A stretch of 64,000 nucleotides of DNA, taken from positions 9,733 to 73,732 of IMG/VR virus record IMGVR_UViG_3300032030_000058; one strand, 5' to 3'. The translations under genes were made by a program, and so were the position numbers. Below are positions 1-9,171 of this stretch, piece by piece. This DNA comes from a virus. Below the pieces are notes generated by a model, which worked only from the letters and a program-made list of their open reading frames with translations, was not told the DNA's origin and searched no databases. Position 1 is the first letter of the stretch. Every line of letters starts with the position of its first letter.

Positions 1-267
1 AATGTTATAGGAGTCACTGATGAACCAAAGTTGATCGAACCGGAACCAAAACGAACAACAATATAAACTGTGCCTTGTAATAGCTTCTTTTCTCTGTCTT
101 TTCTAATAAAACTTTGTTCATCAGAAATTTCTATACTTTTAATATTTGAAATCATTTCAGAAGTTGCTTCATTTTCTTTTAGAGCACGCCAAACTAATTG
201 GACTTCATCTCCAATTATATTAATAATTTGTCCGTAATCTAAAACAACTTTTACTTCTTCTGACATA
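1..267 (-). CDS. hypothetical protein (partial; C-terminus beyond window start)
   Basis: ATG at 265-267 on the minus strand (MSEEVKVVLDYGQ...) is read open to position 1 with no stop in the window. Confidence 0.4.
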
Positions 268-268
268 A

Positions 269-754
269 TTAATTCTTCATTCCTAATGCTTTTTTGATTT
301 TATCTTCGAAGGATGGCTTTGCAACAGGTTTTGCTAATCCTTTAGCGATTTTTTGCTTATTTTTGTTATAAGCGTTGATTGGTTGAGCAGGATTAAATTT
401 TTGTGGGCCTTGTGGAGCAACTTTTACATTAGAAGCAAACTTTTGCGCTACTTTATTTGCGCCATTTAGTTGTTTTTGGTTAGCAACTTGGGCAGCCACT
501 TTTGCTTTTTGCTCATTTCTTAATTTGATTTTATTAGCCATTTCTTGCTTCTTTTTAAATTTAGCGCGTTTTAATTCTCCGGCAAGTTTCTTTTTATTTT
601 GTTTATCATGAAAGTTACTAATATTTCTAGCAACTCCCTTAATAGCGTTGCCACCTGCTTGAACAGCTTTAAATGGGGTACTTACCATACCGCCACCAGA
701 AGCAGCCCCTCTTAATGCGCCTTGCACGCCAGCACCAATAATTGAATCTGCCAT
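269..754 (-). CDS. Gly/Lys-rich basic protein, possible virion-associated
   Basis: 161 aa ORF with Gly-rich N-terminus and Lys-rich repeats, tightly packed with neighbouring minus-strand genes. Confidence 0.5.
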   Translation of the reverse strand: MADSIIGAGVQGALRGAASGGGMVSTPFKAVQAGGNAIKGVARNISNFHDKQNKKKLAGELKRAKFKKKQEMANKIKLRNEQKAKVAAQVANQKQLNGANKVAQKFASNVKVAPQGPQKFNPAQPINAYNKNKQKIAKGLAKPVAKPSFEDKIKKALGMKN

Positions 755-757
755 ATT

Positions 758-1150
758 TTAACCCTCGACTTTCGTTTCGCCTTTTATTGTTCCACGCCAT
801 TCCTGAATAGATAATTCCAAAATTCTATCTATGTATCCCTTGTGATTGCGTGGACTGATTCGGTACGAACCTTTACGTGTCCCTTGTGGGTAAACCATAA
901 ACGAACTACCTTCCTCGTCTAATTTAGAAGCGTAACTGCCGTTGCTGGTATGAACAACGACACCCTTCTGTTGAAATAATAACATATTATATGTTTGTGC
1001 AGGAATATTAATTTGAATTTCCCCGCCTATATTTGTGACAGTAATTGTATTAACTAAATTGCCACTGAGATGCTTCGCATCAAATTCTTCTTGCAACCTT
1101 CTTACAATAATGTTTGCGAGCATTTCTAATTCTTTTTCACCGATTTTCAT
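758..1150 (-). CDS. hypothetical protein
   Basis: 130 aa ORF; start overlaps the stop of the upstream gene (ATGA coupling). Confidence 0.5.
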   Translation of the reverse strand: MKIGEKELEMLANIIVRRLQEEFDAKHLSGNLVNTITVTNIGGEIQINIPAQTYNMLLFQQKGVVVHTSNGSYASKLDEEGSSFMVYPQGTRKGSYRISPRNHKGYIDRILELSIQEWRGTIKGETKVEG

Positions 1151-1680
1151 TTTTTCTCTTTTTCTTTTCTAGAAAAGAATCCATCTAATAAATAATCTGT
1201 AGCTTCTTTTCTTTCCTCGACACGAACATCCTTTTGCATTTCATATGCCCACTTAGGAAGCGGATTAATAGGAATAGCAACTGCTTCACATAATGTTACG
1301 CATCCAGTTACCTGAATCATAATATCAATATTATCTCTTAAACCTTTTAAAATTAGCAATAATGCTATTAATGGGATAATTACTTTGCAAAAACCACTAA
1401 GCACTTGTCCCACCATTGTATATTTTGCATTCATAGCAATTTTAACATATCGAATCGCGGAAATGATAACGGCAGCAACAATTACAATGCCAATAATTCC
1501 CCATCCACTTATTTGAATTGCAGAAACTTTTTTAAATAAATCAAATCTCCAGGCAATAAAAGCGAATGGTAAACCGGCGGCACAAACGAACCAAAGAACT
1601 AATCTAGACCAAAAAGTGGTTTTTGGATGTGCATCCAACCACGTTCCTAAACTTGTAATTGCTACTTCGTTATTATCCAT
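1147..1680 (-). CDS. membrane protein
   Basis: 177 aa with about 4 hydrophobic helices. Confidence 0.55.
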   Translation of the reverse strand: MDNNEVAITSLGTWLDAHPKTTFWSRLVLWFVCAAGLPFAFIAWRFDLFKKVSAIQISGWGIIGIVIVAAVIISAIRYVKIAMNAKYTMVGQVLSGFCKVIIPLIALLLILKGLRDNIDIMIQVTGCVTLCEAVAIPINPLPKWAYEMQKDVRVEERKEATDYLLDGFFSRKEKEKK

Positions 1681-1683
1681 ATT

Positions 1684-2772
1684 TTAGTCCTCCTTTGGAA
1701 CTATCGATACCGCTCCATCTTCTGGTTTTGATTCAATCACTGGTGGAATGATAACCTCTTTAATTTCAGGTTCGGGCCTATCTTTTAAACCAACCAAGAC
1801 CTGTTCTTTCTTTACTCTTTCTACATATTCTTGTTTAGCTTCTTCTTGTTGAGTTAGAGCCTTAAATGTTGAATCTTTTAAGAAACGATAATGAACACTT
1901 GTTCTCATTTCAACATATTCAGCATCAATATCATTCATTTGCACGCCTAATAAATAACCCATGAACGCGGATGATATCATGCTCCATAATCTAGTTAAGA
2001 ATCTAACCCAGGCTGTGGCTGTATCGACATCACCTGCTAAGTCCCTAACTAATGATGCAAATATCATGCCTGTGATAATTGTCATAATTAATTTGCTCAT
2101 TAATCTAAGAGCGAGGAATGAACCCTTCTTTTTGCTTTCGTTTGCTGCTCTTTCAGACACAGTTCTGCTATCGGTAAGAGTAGAAACCGATAAGTAATAT
2201 TCTGGTTCAACAAACGACACTTTTTCACGCTTGTTTTTAATATCAAGAACGCCTTTAATTTGCTCGGATGTTAATGCCTTGTAATAAATACCATTGTAGC
2301 GTTGTGGTTTTATTAATTCTTTGATTTGCGTATCTTCAAGTTTTATCACAGATGTATCATCAATTTGAAGAGCTCTTAATCTTCTCAACTTAATGGTTTC
2401 AATATCTTCTTTTTCAAGAACTTTTCTTATCCATTGTCTAAACGCATTAATACTTTTTTCTTTTACTTGCGCTAAAGAAGTTAAGAATGCACTTCTAGCC
2501 TTTGATATTCTGCTTTTTGCTGACTGTGCATTGCCTGCTTGTCCGATAAACATGGACGAAACCATAGACATAATCACAATCGCAGCAATAATTAATTCAT
2601 TTGTTAGAAATTCTGTGGAACTCCATTGTGTTGGATCGATAATAAATGTAGTGAATGAACATACCGCGATTAATGCTAAGCACATCATCAGCGATAATAC
2701 ACCAAGAATTATCTTTTGATTGGATAATTTTTGTATGGTTTCAGATTCGGTTAATTTTTGCTTTACACTCAT
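1684..2772 (-). CDS. membrane protein with central coiled/charged region
   Basis: 362 aa with N-terminal TM helices, a charged middle and C-terminal TM helices. Confidence 0.55.
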   Translation of the reverse strand: MSVKQKLTESETIQKLSNQKIILGVLSLMMCLALIAVCSFTTFIIDPTQWSSTEFLTNELIIAAIVIMSMVSSMFIGQAGNAQSAKSRISKARSAFLTSLAQVKEKSINAFRQWIRKVLEKEDIETIKLRRLRALQIDDTSVIKLEDTQIKELIKPQRYNGIYYKALTSEQIKGVLDIKNKREKVSFVEPEYYLSVSTLTDSRTVSERAANESKKKGSFLALRLMSKLIMTIITGMIFASLVRDLAGDVDTATAWVRFLTRLWSMISSAFMGYLLGVQMNDIDAEYVEMRTSVHYRFLKDSTFKALTQQEEAKQEYVERVKKEQVLVGLKDRPEPEIKEVIIPPVIESKPEDGAVSIVPKED

Positions 2773-2978
2773 AATCTTTTTACCTTATCAGAAATTAACA
2801 CAAATCCAACAACTAACAAATACAGACCTAAGAACACGTAGATGAATATTGCCCATCTAGAGCTCAATAACGCTACAAAGTCTGTTCCCATAATCGCATT
2901 AGCAATAATTAATGCAAGAATGGCTAAGGCGAAGAATGCTCCGCCCAAAATGATTAAAATTAAATTTCTTTTTTTCAT
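2769..2978 (-). CDS. small two-TM membrane protein
   Basis: 69 aa with two hydrophobic helices and a Lys-rich C-terminus. Confidence 0.5.
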   Translation of the reverse strand: MKKRNLILIILGGAFFALAILALIIANAIMGTDFVALLSSRWAIFIYVFLGLYLLVVGFVLISDKVKRL

Positions 2979-3004
2979 AGTGGCTAAACTTTCCTTTTCT
3001 TTTT

Positions 3005-3982
3005 TTAATATTGTCTACCATCCTCTGGTTTTTCTTCAGGGACTGGTTCTTCAACTGGTTCATCATCTGGTTCATCTTCAACAACTTCGGAATGACTTTC
3101 GATAATGTTATCTAATTTTTCCATAATCTTATCTAATTCTGCATATTTACCCTTTAGATAAGCGTCGATGTTCTCTTTTATCTTTTGTGTGATAGATAAG
3201 TCACCGATATTTAAGTTAGATAATTCATCTAAGATTGCAGTTCTGCTTTCAGGAGTATCTTCTTGCATCAATGCTACACATTTTGCCAAAACTCCAACCG
3301 CACGCATAATTTCTTCTTCATTTCCTGCAATTTGAGCAAATAAAGGAGTGATTAAATCAGTAATTTTTTGTTCAAGTGCTTTTCTAACTGTTTCAGGGAC
3401 CACATTTGCCACTGTTTCAGTTGCTGCCTTCTCTAATTTGCTTTCTAATCTCTTATCTTTCACAAAATAACGAACGATAGCAATTAAAATACCACTAGAG
3501 AGAATAAAATTAACAATTGTAATGATATTTTTAACACTAAATAAGTTTGTCCAGTCTTTATCAGAGGCTTGTTGATACATTGTCGAGAATTTTCCGAGTA
3601 ATTCTTGATCAACCACAAATTCAGCACTGATTTTGTTCTCACCTTCTGCTAAAGCGAACATAAATTCACCACTAGTTGATTCGCTTTCGACTAATGCGAC
3701 GTCATTCACCTTTACATTTTGCGCTAAATAGAACAAATCATGCTTTACAGTGAGTGTAACAATGTCACCAACATGTCCTTCCATGATATCAGCTTTAATT
3801 TCGCCATGTTCGAACACTGGAATCACCACAGAACACTCAAATATTTCTTCTACTGGCTCTACTGGTTCATCGCCCTCAGCTTTTACGACCACAAAATCAT
3901 GAGAATTGCTTAATGTTACGCCACATGACACGCCGCCTAATAGTGCGAGGCCTAATAAAGCACTAAAAATTCTTTTTTTCAT
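3005..3982 (-). CDS. secreted/membrane-anchored protein with signal peptide
   Basis: N-terminal Sec-type signal (MKKRIFSALLGLALLGG...), internal TM segment, acidic PEEP-rich C-terminus. Confidence 0.55.
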   Translation of the reverse strand: MKKRIFSALLGLALLGGVSCGVTLSNSHDFVVVKAEGDEPVEPVEEIFECSVVIPVFEHGEIKADIMEGHVGDIVTLTVKHDLFYLAQNVKVNDVALVESESTSGEFMFALAEGENKISAEFVVDQELLGKFSTMYQQASDKDWTNLFSVKNIITIVNFILSSGILIAIVRYFVKDKRLESKLEKAATETVANVVPETVRKALEQKITDLITPLFAQIAGNEEEIMRAVGVLAKCVALMQEDTPESRTAILDELSNLNIGDLSITQKIKENIDAYLKGKYAELDKIMEKLDNIIESHSEVVEDEPDDEPVEEPVPEEKPEDGRQY

Positions 3983-3984
3983 AC

Positions 3985-4410
3985 TTATTTATCTCCTTCT
4001 GATTGAAATTTAACAAAATCTTTAATAGTTTCACTCATTGTAACCATGTTTTCAGATACTTCTTGTTTAAATTTTGCAATTTCAATCAATTTTTGTGAAA
4101 CTTCGGCTAATTTTTTGTCTACTTTTTCTTCATATTCTTTAAAAATATCTTCTTTTGTGGTGATATACCATTCTTTGCCGTCAAAAATAATAACATCACC
4201 TTGTTTTGGCTTCATCGCTCTTGAAGCATTTTTAATTTTTAAACCGATTGTTACCATTTTAAAATCCTCTTGTTTCATTTTAATATATTTTAATGGTAAT
4301 TGAAATATAAAAAAATAGAACGAATTGCTTCGCCCTATTCTTTTAGCCACTGGAGGAGAAACATAATCTACTTCCAATGTTATTTTATTGAATTTCCTCG
4401 TTTTCTTCAA
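3985..4410 (-). CDS. hypothetical protein
   Basis: 141 aa ORF in operon. Confidence 0.5.
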   Translation of the reverse strand: MKKTRKFNKITLEVDYVSPPVAKRIGRSNSFYFFIFQLPLKYIKMKQEDFKMVTIGLKIKNASRAMKPKQGDVIIFDGKEWYITTKEDIFKEYEEKVDKKLAEVSQKLIEIAKFKQEVSENMVTMSETIKDFVKFQSEGDK

Positions 4411-4852
4411 CTGTTTTCTTAGAAATCGAACTCATTAATTTTCCAAACTTCTCTAAATTGTCTAAACATGACTGTTTGATCTCTTGCAAAATCGATAATG
4501 CGCCCTTCTTGGTAGCATCACTTAATGCTGTATCATTCACAATATCGATAGTTTGTTTATCACATGCACCGATTAAATCCAAAATCTTTTGAGAAATCTC
4601 ACTTTGAGGAGCCTCTTGACCGGTAATGACCGCAGGATTGCTTTGTTTTTCTTGTTCCACAACATCAACGGAATCTTCTACTGGTTCTTCTTCTGGTTCT
4701 TCAATTTGTGGTTTGAAATAATCGTCTAAATCAGCACTAAAATCCTCTTCATCACATAATTGAGCGTGAAGAATTTTTTTTGCTCTTTCATCACCGTTAC
4801 GTGCTGCTTCACGAAGTTTTTGCATTTGTTCAAAAGGAATATAACGTGCCAT
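4385..4852 (-). CDS. acidic hypothetical protein
   Basis: 155 aa, Glu/Asp-rich. Confidence 0.5.
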   Translation of the reverse strand: MARYIPFEQMQKLREAARNGDERAKKILHAQLCDEEDFSADLDDYFKPQIEEPEEEPVEDSVDVVEQEKQSNPAVITGQEAPQSEISQKILDLIGACDKQTIDIVNDTALSDATKKGALSILQEIKQSCLDNLEKFGKLMSSISKKTVEENEEIQ

Positions 4853-4853
4853 A

Positions 4854-5405
4854 TTAATATTTCAACTCCCATTCATCATCATCTACACCCTCGTAGTATT
4901 CATCGAGAGCATCTTCTAGATTTTCAATATTTAATTGATTTAAAATTCTTTTAGGGACCATGCCTTTTTCGAGAATTAATTGCTTATCTTTTTCTGGAAG
5001 TGGTGCGCTTAATTGATCTTCTAGAAAATCAACCACATCTTGTTTAGAAAGATTAATGTTTCCAGTAAGATTTTCGCCATCTTTATTAATAACTTTAGAA
5101 ACATGTGATGGAACTTCGTCAACATCTTCATCATAACCGAGTTTTTTCCACTCAGGTTGGATGCCCAAAGTTTGTTTTAATTTTTCTTCGTAACTATCAT
5201 CAACACTATGAACATTTGCCATTCCTTGTTTCTTGACAAATATTTTTTCTTCATCGGTTAATTGTTCGCCTCTGCTGTGTTTTCTAAGTAAATCAGCCAT
5301 TTTGGCATTATTATCTTCGAAACTACCGCCACCAGATGCTTTATTTGCTCCAGTAGTAAATCTACCATTTTCGTCGTGATTTGGATTGCCTTTATTTTCT
5401 GTCAT
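4854..5405 (-). CDS. hypothetical protein with N-terminal GNPNHDENGRF motif
   Basis: Start placed at internal ATG 5403-5405 (MTENKGNPNHDENGRFTTG) preceded by AAGGAC; the longer ORF to 5444 overlaps the upstream gene. Confidence 0.5.
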   Translation of the reverse strand: MTENKGNPNHDENGRFTTGANKASGGGSFEDNNAKMADLLRKHSRGEQLTDEEKIFVKKQGMANVHSVDDSYEEKLKQTLGIQPEWKKLGYDEDVDEVPSHVSKVINKDGENLTGNINLSKQDVVDFLEDQLSAPLPEKDKQLILEKGMVPKRILNQLNIENLEDALDEYYEGVDDDEWELKY

Positions 5406-5409
5406 AATA

Positions 5410-5880
5410 TTAGTCCTTATTATATCTTTCTTCTTCAACTTCAATTACTTCTTCATCTTTGCCAAAATTCATTTTGAATAACTTTTCGGCTTCTTCTTTT
5501 TCTTTTTTGATTAAATCAGGACAAATAATATTTAAAGAAAATTCCATCATAGAATCTTTTTCTTCTGTATAATTTGCAGCACGATATCTTCTAAAAATAT
5601 CTTGTTCTAAAGAACAATGTCTAAAATCCCAATTATTAGAAATAGTAGCAAAATAATCTGCTTGTGCCATTAATTCTAAATCTTTAGCAAGAAATTCTAA
5701 ATTATCTTCAAAACCATCTTCACCTTTATCAAAATCTGGCAAATCGTTAAAATCTTGATGCAAAATTTCAACATCTTTATCGAGAAGTCCTTTAACTGCT
5801 TCTTCAATCTTTTCTAATGATTTTTCAATATCATCTTTTGAACGACCTTTTAATGGAATACTAACAAAAACTTTTTTCAT
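5410..5880 (-). CDS. hypothetical protein with scaffold-like C-terminal EEAEKLFKMNFG motif
   Basis: 156 aa; its C-terminal region matches the C-termini of the two scaffold-like proteins. Confidence 0.5.
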   Translation of the reverse strand: MKKVFVSIPLKGRSKDDIEKSLEKIEEAVKGLLDKDVEILHQDFNDLPDFDKGEDGFEDNLEFLAKDLELMAQADYFATISNNWDFRHCSLEQDIFRRYRAANYTEEKDSMMEFSLNIICPDLIKKEKEEAEKLFKMNFGKDEEVIEVEEERYNKD

Positions 5881-5882
5881 AA

Positions 5883-6161
5883 TTATTTCTTATCTCCTTT
5901 TTCAAAATTCATTCCAAATAATTTTCCTGCTTTTTTTGCTTCTTCATCAGAATCTATATATTCAGCGGTACTTGGTTCTTCCATAGCCTTTTGTAAGAAA
6001 GCAAAATGTGCGCTTTCTTCATCAATAATTTTCTTTAGACTTGGAATTAAATGCTCTTTGTTGTTTTCCTTCAACCAATTAATAAAATCTTTGTAATCAT
6101 TAATTGTATCTTCTTCGCCTTTTGCTAAGAATTCTAATTTTTTTAATAATTCTTTTTCCAT
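5883..6161 (-). CDS. hypothetical protein with scaffold-like C-terminal motif
   Basis: 92 aa; C-terminus DEEAKKAGKLFGMNFEKGDKK. Confidence 0.5.
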   Translation of the reverse strand: MEKELLKKLEFLAKGEEDTINDYKDFINWLKENNKEHLIPSLKKIIDEESAHFAFLQKAMEEPSTAEYIDSDEEAKKAGKLFGMNFEKGDKK

Positions 6162-6183
6162 AATGAAATACCTCTATGAAAAA

Positions 6184-6987
6184 TTATAACTTAATATAAT
6201 CCTTCATTCCATATTTTTTATATACTTCATTCACTGGTTTTAATAAATAATCTTTATCTCTATCGGTAAAATATTTTAAAATTTCCTTTTTATAATTTTT
6301 AGGAACACCATAAAACGCTTCTGCAATTGCACACGAAATGGCACATAATGTGTCTGTGTCCCCACCAATACTTACTGATGTTCTTACACAATCTTCAAAG
6401 TTTTTGCTAATTAAAAAACAGAAAATTGCTTGTGGAACTGTGTTTTGGCACGTTTCATTAAAATGATATGTTTGCACTAAATCATAATAATTAAAACTAG
6501 CAATCTCTGGATATTCTTTTTCTGCATATGCGCGTATATCCTCTTTATTTTTATTATGTAAAGCCATAAAAATACACATGGCTGTTACTTCAGCACCTTT
6601 AAGTCCTTCAGGATGGTCGTGAGTGCAACTTGTCACCCTCCACGACAATTTCTTTACTTCTTCTTCATCATTAGCAAAATATGCTACAGGACTGATACGC
6701 ATCGCTGCCCCATTTCCGAAACTGTTATATGGACGTGGATGTTTATCTACCAACCAACGAGCAAATGAACCGCCATATCCCCTACCAGGAAATAAACGGC
6801 CATATGTTTGTAACATATCAACAATCGTTTTGCCACGGTCCTTTAATAATGATGCGGCCACGGCACATGTCATAACCGTATCGTCCGTGAAAAAACATTT
6901 TTTATTAAAAATATCAAAGGCTTTCCATCTATGATTGTGAAATTCATAAATTGAGCCAACTGTATCACCAATAATTGCACCTAACAT
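6184..6987 (-). CDS. ADP-ribosylglycohydrolase (DraG/ARH family)
   Basis: N-terminal GAIIGDTVGS, FTDDTVMT, GNGAAMR and C-terminal GGDTDT motifs typical of PF03747; own promoter and AAGGAGGG RBS. Confidence 0.85.
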   Translation of the reverse strand: MLGAIIGDTVGSIYEFHNHRWKAFDIFNKKCFFTDDTVMTCAVAASLLKDRGKTIVDMLQTYGRLFPGRGYGGSFARWLVDKHPRPYNSFGNGAAMRISPVAYFANDEEEVKKLSWRVTSCTHDHPEGLKGAEVTAMCIFMALHNKNKEDIRAYAEKEYPEIASFNYYDLVQTYHFNETCQNTVPQAIFCFLISKNFEDCVRTSVSIGGDTDTLCAISCAIAEAFYGVPKNYKKEILKYFTDRDKDYLLKPVNEVYKKYGMKDYIKL

Positions 6988-7014
6988 TTTAACCCTCCTT
7001 TGGTAATCAATTAT

Positions 7015-7042
7015 ATATTATAGGAAAAATTAAAATGTGTCA
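7015..7042 (-). promoter_or_regulatory. minus-strand promoter (TTGACA-16-TAATAT) for the ADP-ribosylglycohydrolase gene
   Basis: TGTCAA at 7037-7042 on the plus strand = -35 on the minus strand; -10 at 7020-7015. Confidence 0.5.
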
Positions 7043-7050
7043 AGCACTTT

Positions 7051-7227
7051 TTACATTTTTTCATATTTTGGGCATGGTTTACTTTCGTAGTAAACTTCTT
7101 TTGGTTTTAGATCGAATTTTGAACAATAAGTCGCCAAAAAATTAACTAATCCATATTTACATGTCAAACATGGAATAGTTGATTTATCTGGTAATTGAAT
7201 TGTTAATTCTTCATTTTCATCAATCAT
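7051..7227 (-). CDS. small Cys-rich (zinc-ribbon-like) protein
   Basis: Start at ATG 7225-7227 preceded by AAGGAG; CxxC...CxxxC-like spacing (CLTC...CSK...CPKY). Confidence 0.45.
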   Translation of the reverse strand: MIDENEELTIQLPDKSTIPCLTCKYGLVNFLATYCSKFDLKPKEVYYESKPCPKYEKM

Positions 7228-8833
7228 ATGCTTCTCCTTCCTCATGTCGTGGCTTATAATAATACTCGTTTCCAAGTTTCTTTAAATCATTACCCATAGG
7301 TTTGTTTTTGTCACTTCCTAAGATAACTTCCATATCTAAATAATAGTGACCACCTTTTTTCTCTACTTTGGTAATTTTATATTGATATCCTCTTTGGATA
7401 ATCATTTCATTTTCTCCGTGTCCGCTCGCTGAATATGGCGCAACATACGCCATTTTTACACCCTTCGGACAATAAATATTAAACACAATATTACCTGTGT
7501 GATAACCAGTTCCTTTAGCCGCACCGCAACTGACAAATCCATTATCGGTCCAGGACATACCCACTAATGAATCGCGTTGTTCCTCTGTCATTTCTTCTAA
7601 TGACATTTTTTTACTAGATCCTGGTAAAACAAACATGCTGGTGTAATTGGCAATATATCTATTTAACCAAATATCTTCATCCCAGGTACATTTATCGATA
7701 GCATTAGTTAAATTATTAACACCTTCAGAAAATGTTTGCATTCCTTCATAACCAAAACTATATCCACCCGCATCATGCTTAATACCACGTAACGGTTTAT
7801 TAAAACGACTATATCCAGAACCGGTATAGGCCTTGATAACAGAATGTTCAGCACTACTCATAGAATCCCAATGTTTTTCAGCGTTTGAGCTAAAATGGCT
7901 ATACGCCGAATCAAAGTTCTTCATCCATGTTGCCTTGTCTTTTCTTTGTTTAGAATATGCCGCATTAGGATTTTGGAACTTAGCCTGGAATTCACGTGCT
8001 AAAACAACATTAGGATTATCATCGTTATAATTAACTAACTGTTCATTTAATGAATTACTAAGACTTTCAATGTTTTCTAATTCATCAATATACTTTAAGT
8101 TAATTTGTTCTTTAGCTTTTTCGTATTCTTGGCCTGCTTCTTCAAAAGCATCGAGTTTTTTAAGGAAAATTTTAGCCCTTAATTTTTCTTCGGCATTTGA
8201 ATTTTCATTATCTAAAATACCTTGATACCAGTCGCGCTTTTTCTGAATCGATCCACTTTCGGATAATTCTTTCCAATCGCTAGGATATTTTGTGGAATAA
8301 GCCCAAACACCGGAAAGGCCGTCCATATTATTGACGGCTAATTCCTGAGCAATATCCTTTTCAATATCCTTTTTCTGTTGCTTTAATATTTCAATTTGTT
8401 GTGTAATATGAATCTTCTCATTATCGATTGCGACCGCGTATAATAAAGCACGTAATTCTTCATCGGAAGCATTCTTTAACTTAACCGCATCGAAACCGAG
8501 CTGCTCATTTTTGAGTTCGCCCATCATATCTTCGCGTGACATCGAATCGAACACTTCTTGACGTTCTGGGTTCACTAAGTCTTTATTTGCAGCAACATAA
8601 TCAACAGCCTGTTGTTTTAATGCTTCTTTTTTTCTACCAATTAATGCAGATAATTTGCTTTGAACATCGTTATATTTTTCAGGTATTTCGAGCTTCATCA
8701 CACCCACATCATCGCCAGGAGCACTAGCAAATTGACCACCCTTGCCACCTGGGGCACCGGCTGGTTCATGATTAGGATTTCCTTTATTTCCTTCGTTTTC
8801 AACAACGACTACTTCTTCTTTGTTTTCTTCCAT
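7220..8833 (-). CDS. ADP-ribosyltransferase, Alt-like (C3/VIP2 R-S-E class domain in C-terminal half)
   Basis: GYSRFNKPLR (Y-x-x-x-N-x-x-LR arginine region), MAYVAPYSA, and GENEMIIQRGYQYKI (ExE motif) align with iota/C3-type ART motifs; N-terminal KGNPNHE...GGQF motif. Confidence 0.75.
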   Translation of the reverse strand: MEENKEEVVVVENEGNKGNPNHEPAGAPGGKGGQFASAPGDDVGVMKLEIPEKYNDVQSKLSALIGRKKEALKQQAVDYVAANKDLVNPERQEVFDSMSREDMMGELKNEQLGFDAVKLKNASDEELRALLYAVAIDNEKIHITQQIEILKQQKKDIEKDIAQELAVNNMDGLSGVWAYSTKYPSDWKELSESGSIQKKRDWYQGILDNENSNAEEKLRAKIFLKKLDAFEEAGQEYEKAKEQINLKYIDELENIESLSNSLNEQLVNYNDDNPNVVLAREFQAKFQNPNAAYSKQRKDKATWMKNFDSAYSHFSSNAEKHWDSMSSAEHSVIKAYTGSGYSRFNKPLRGIKHDAGGYSFGYEGMQTFSEGVNNLTNAIDKCTWDEDIWLNRYIANYTSMFVLPGSSKKMSLEEMTEEQRDSLVGMSWTDNGFVSCGAAKGTGYHTGNIVFNIYCPKGVKMAYVAPYSASGHGENEMIIQRGYQYKITKVEKKGGHYYLDMEVILGSDKNKPMGNDLKKLGNEYYYKPRHEEGEAYD

Positions 8834-8839
8834 AGCACT

Positions 8840-8868
8840 ATTATAAAAAAATAAATCGGTTTATTCAA
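8840..8868 (-). promoter_or_regulatory. promoter TTGAAT-17-TATAAT positioned for a leaderless ADP-ribosyltransferase mRNA
   Basis: On the minus strand the -10 TATAAT ends 6 nt before the ATG at 8833; no SD is present; the -35 overlaps the terminator hairpin of the upstream gene. Confidence 0.4.
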
Positions 8869-8878
8869 CCGAGTTATT

Positions 8879-9112
8879 TTATTTCATTGCGTTTTCAATT
8901 CTTTCGGCTTCTAACAAGTCTTCGTAAAGGCCGTCCATGTTTTCATTTTCACTTTTGAAGTATTCTAATACATAACTAGGAATTTCAGATGCGTCACCTA
9001 CAACAATATAGTGATCTTTGATGTCTCTATCCCATTTGTCTGGATTTGCCTCCATCCATTCCCAGGCAATATATTCTTTACTTAACATTTCGTCCCATTC
9101 TTTTTCGTTCAT
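8879..9112 (-). CDS. acidic hypothetical protein
   Basis: 77 aa, own promoter (TTGACA at 9157-9162 on the minus strand) and GGAGAA RBS. Confidence 0.5.
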   Translation of the reverse strand: MNEKEWDEMLSKEYIAWEWMEANPDKWDRDIKDHYIVVGDASEIPSYVLEYFKSENENMDGLYEDLLEAERIENAMK

Positions 9113-9171
9113 ACTTTTTTCTCCTTCTGCATATATATTATTCTATTTATGCAAATGTGTCAATAGGTTTT

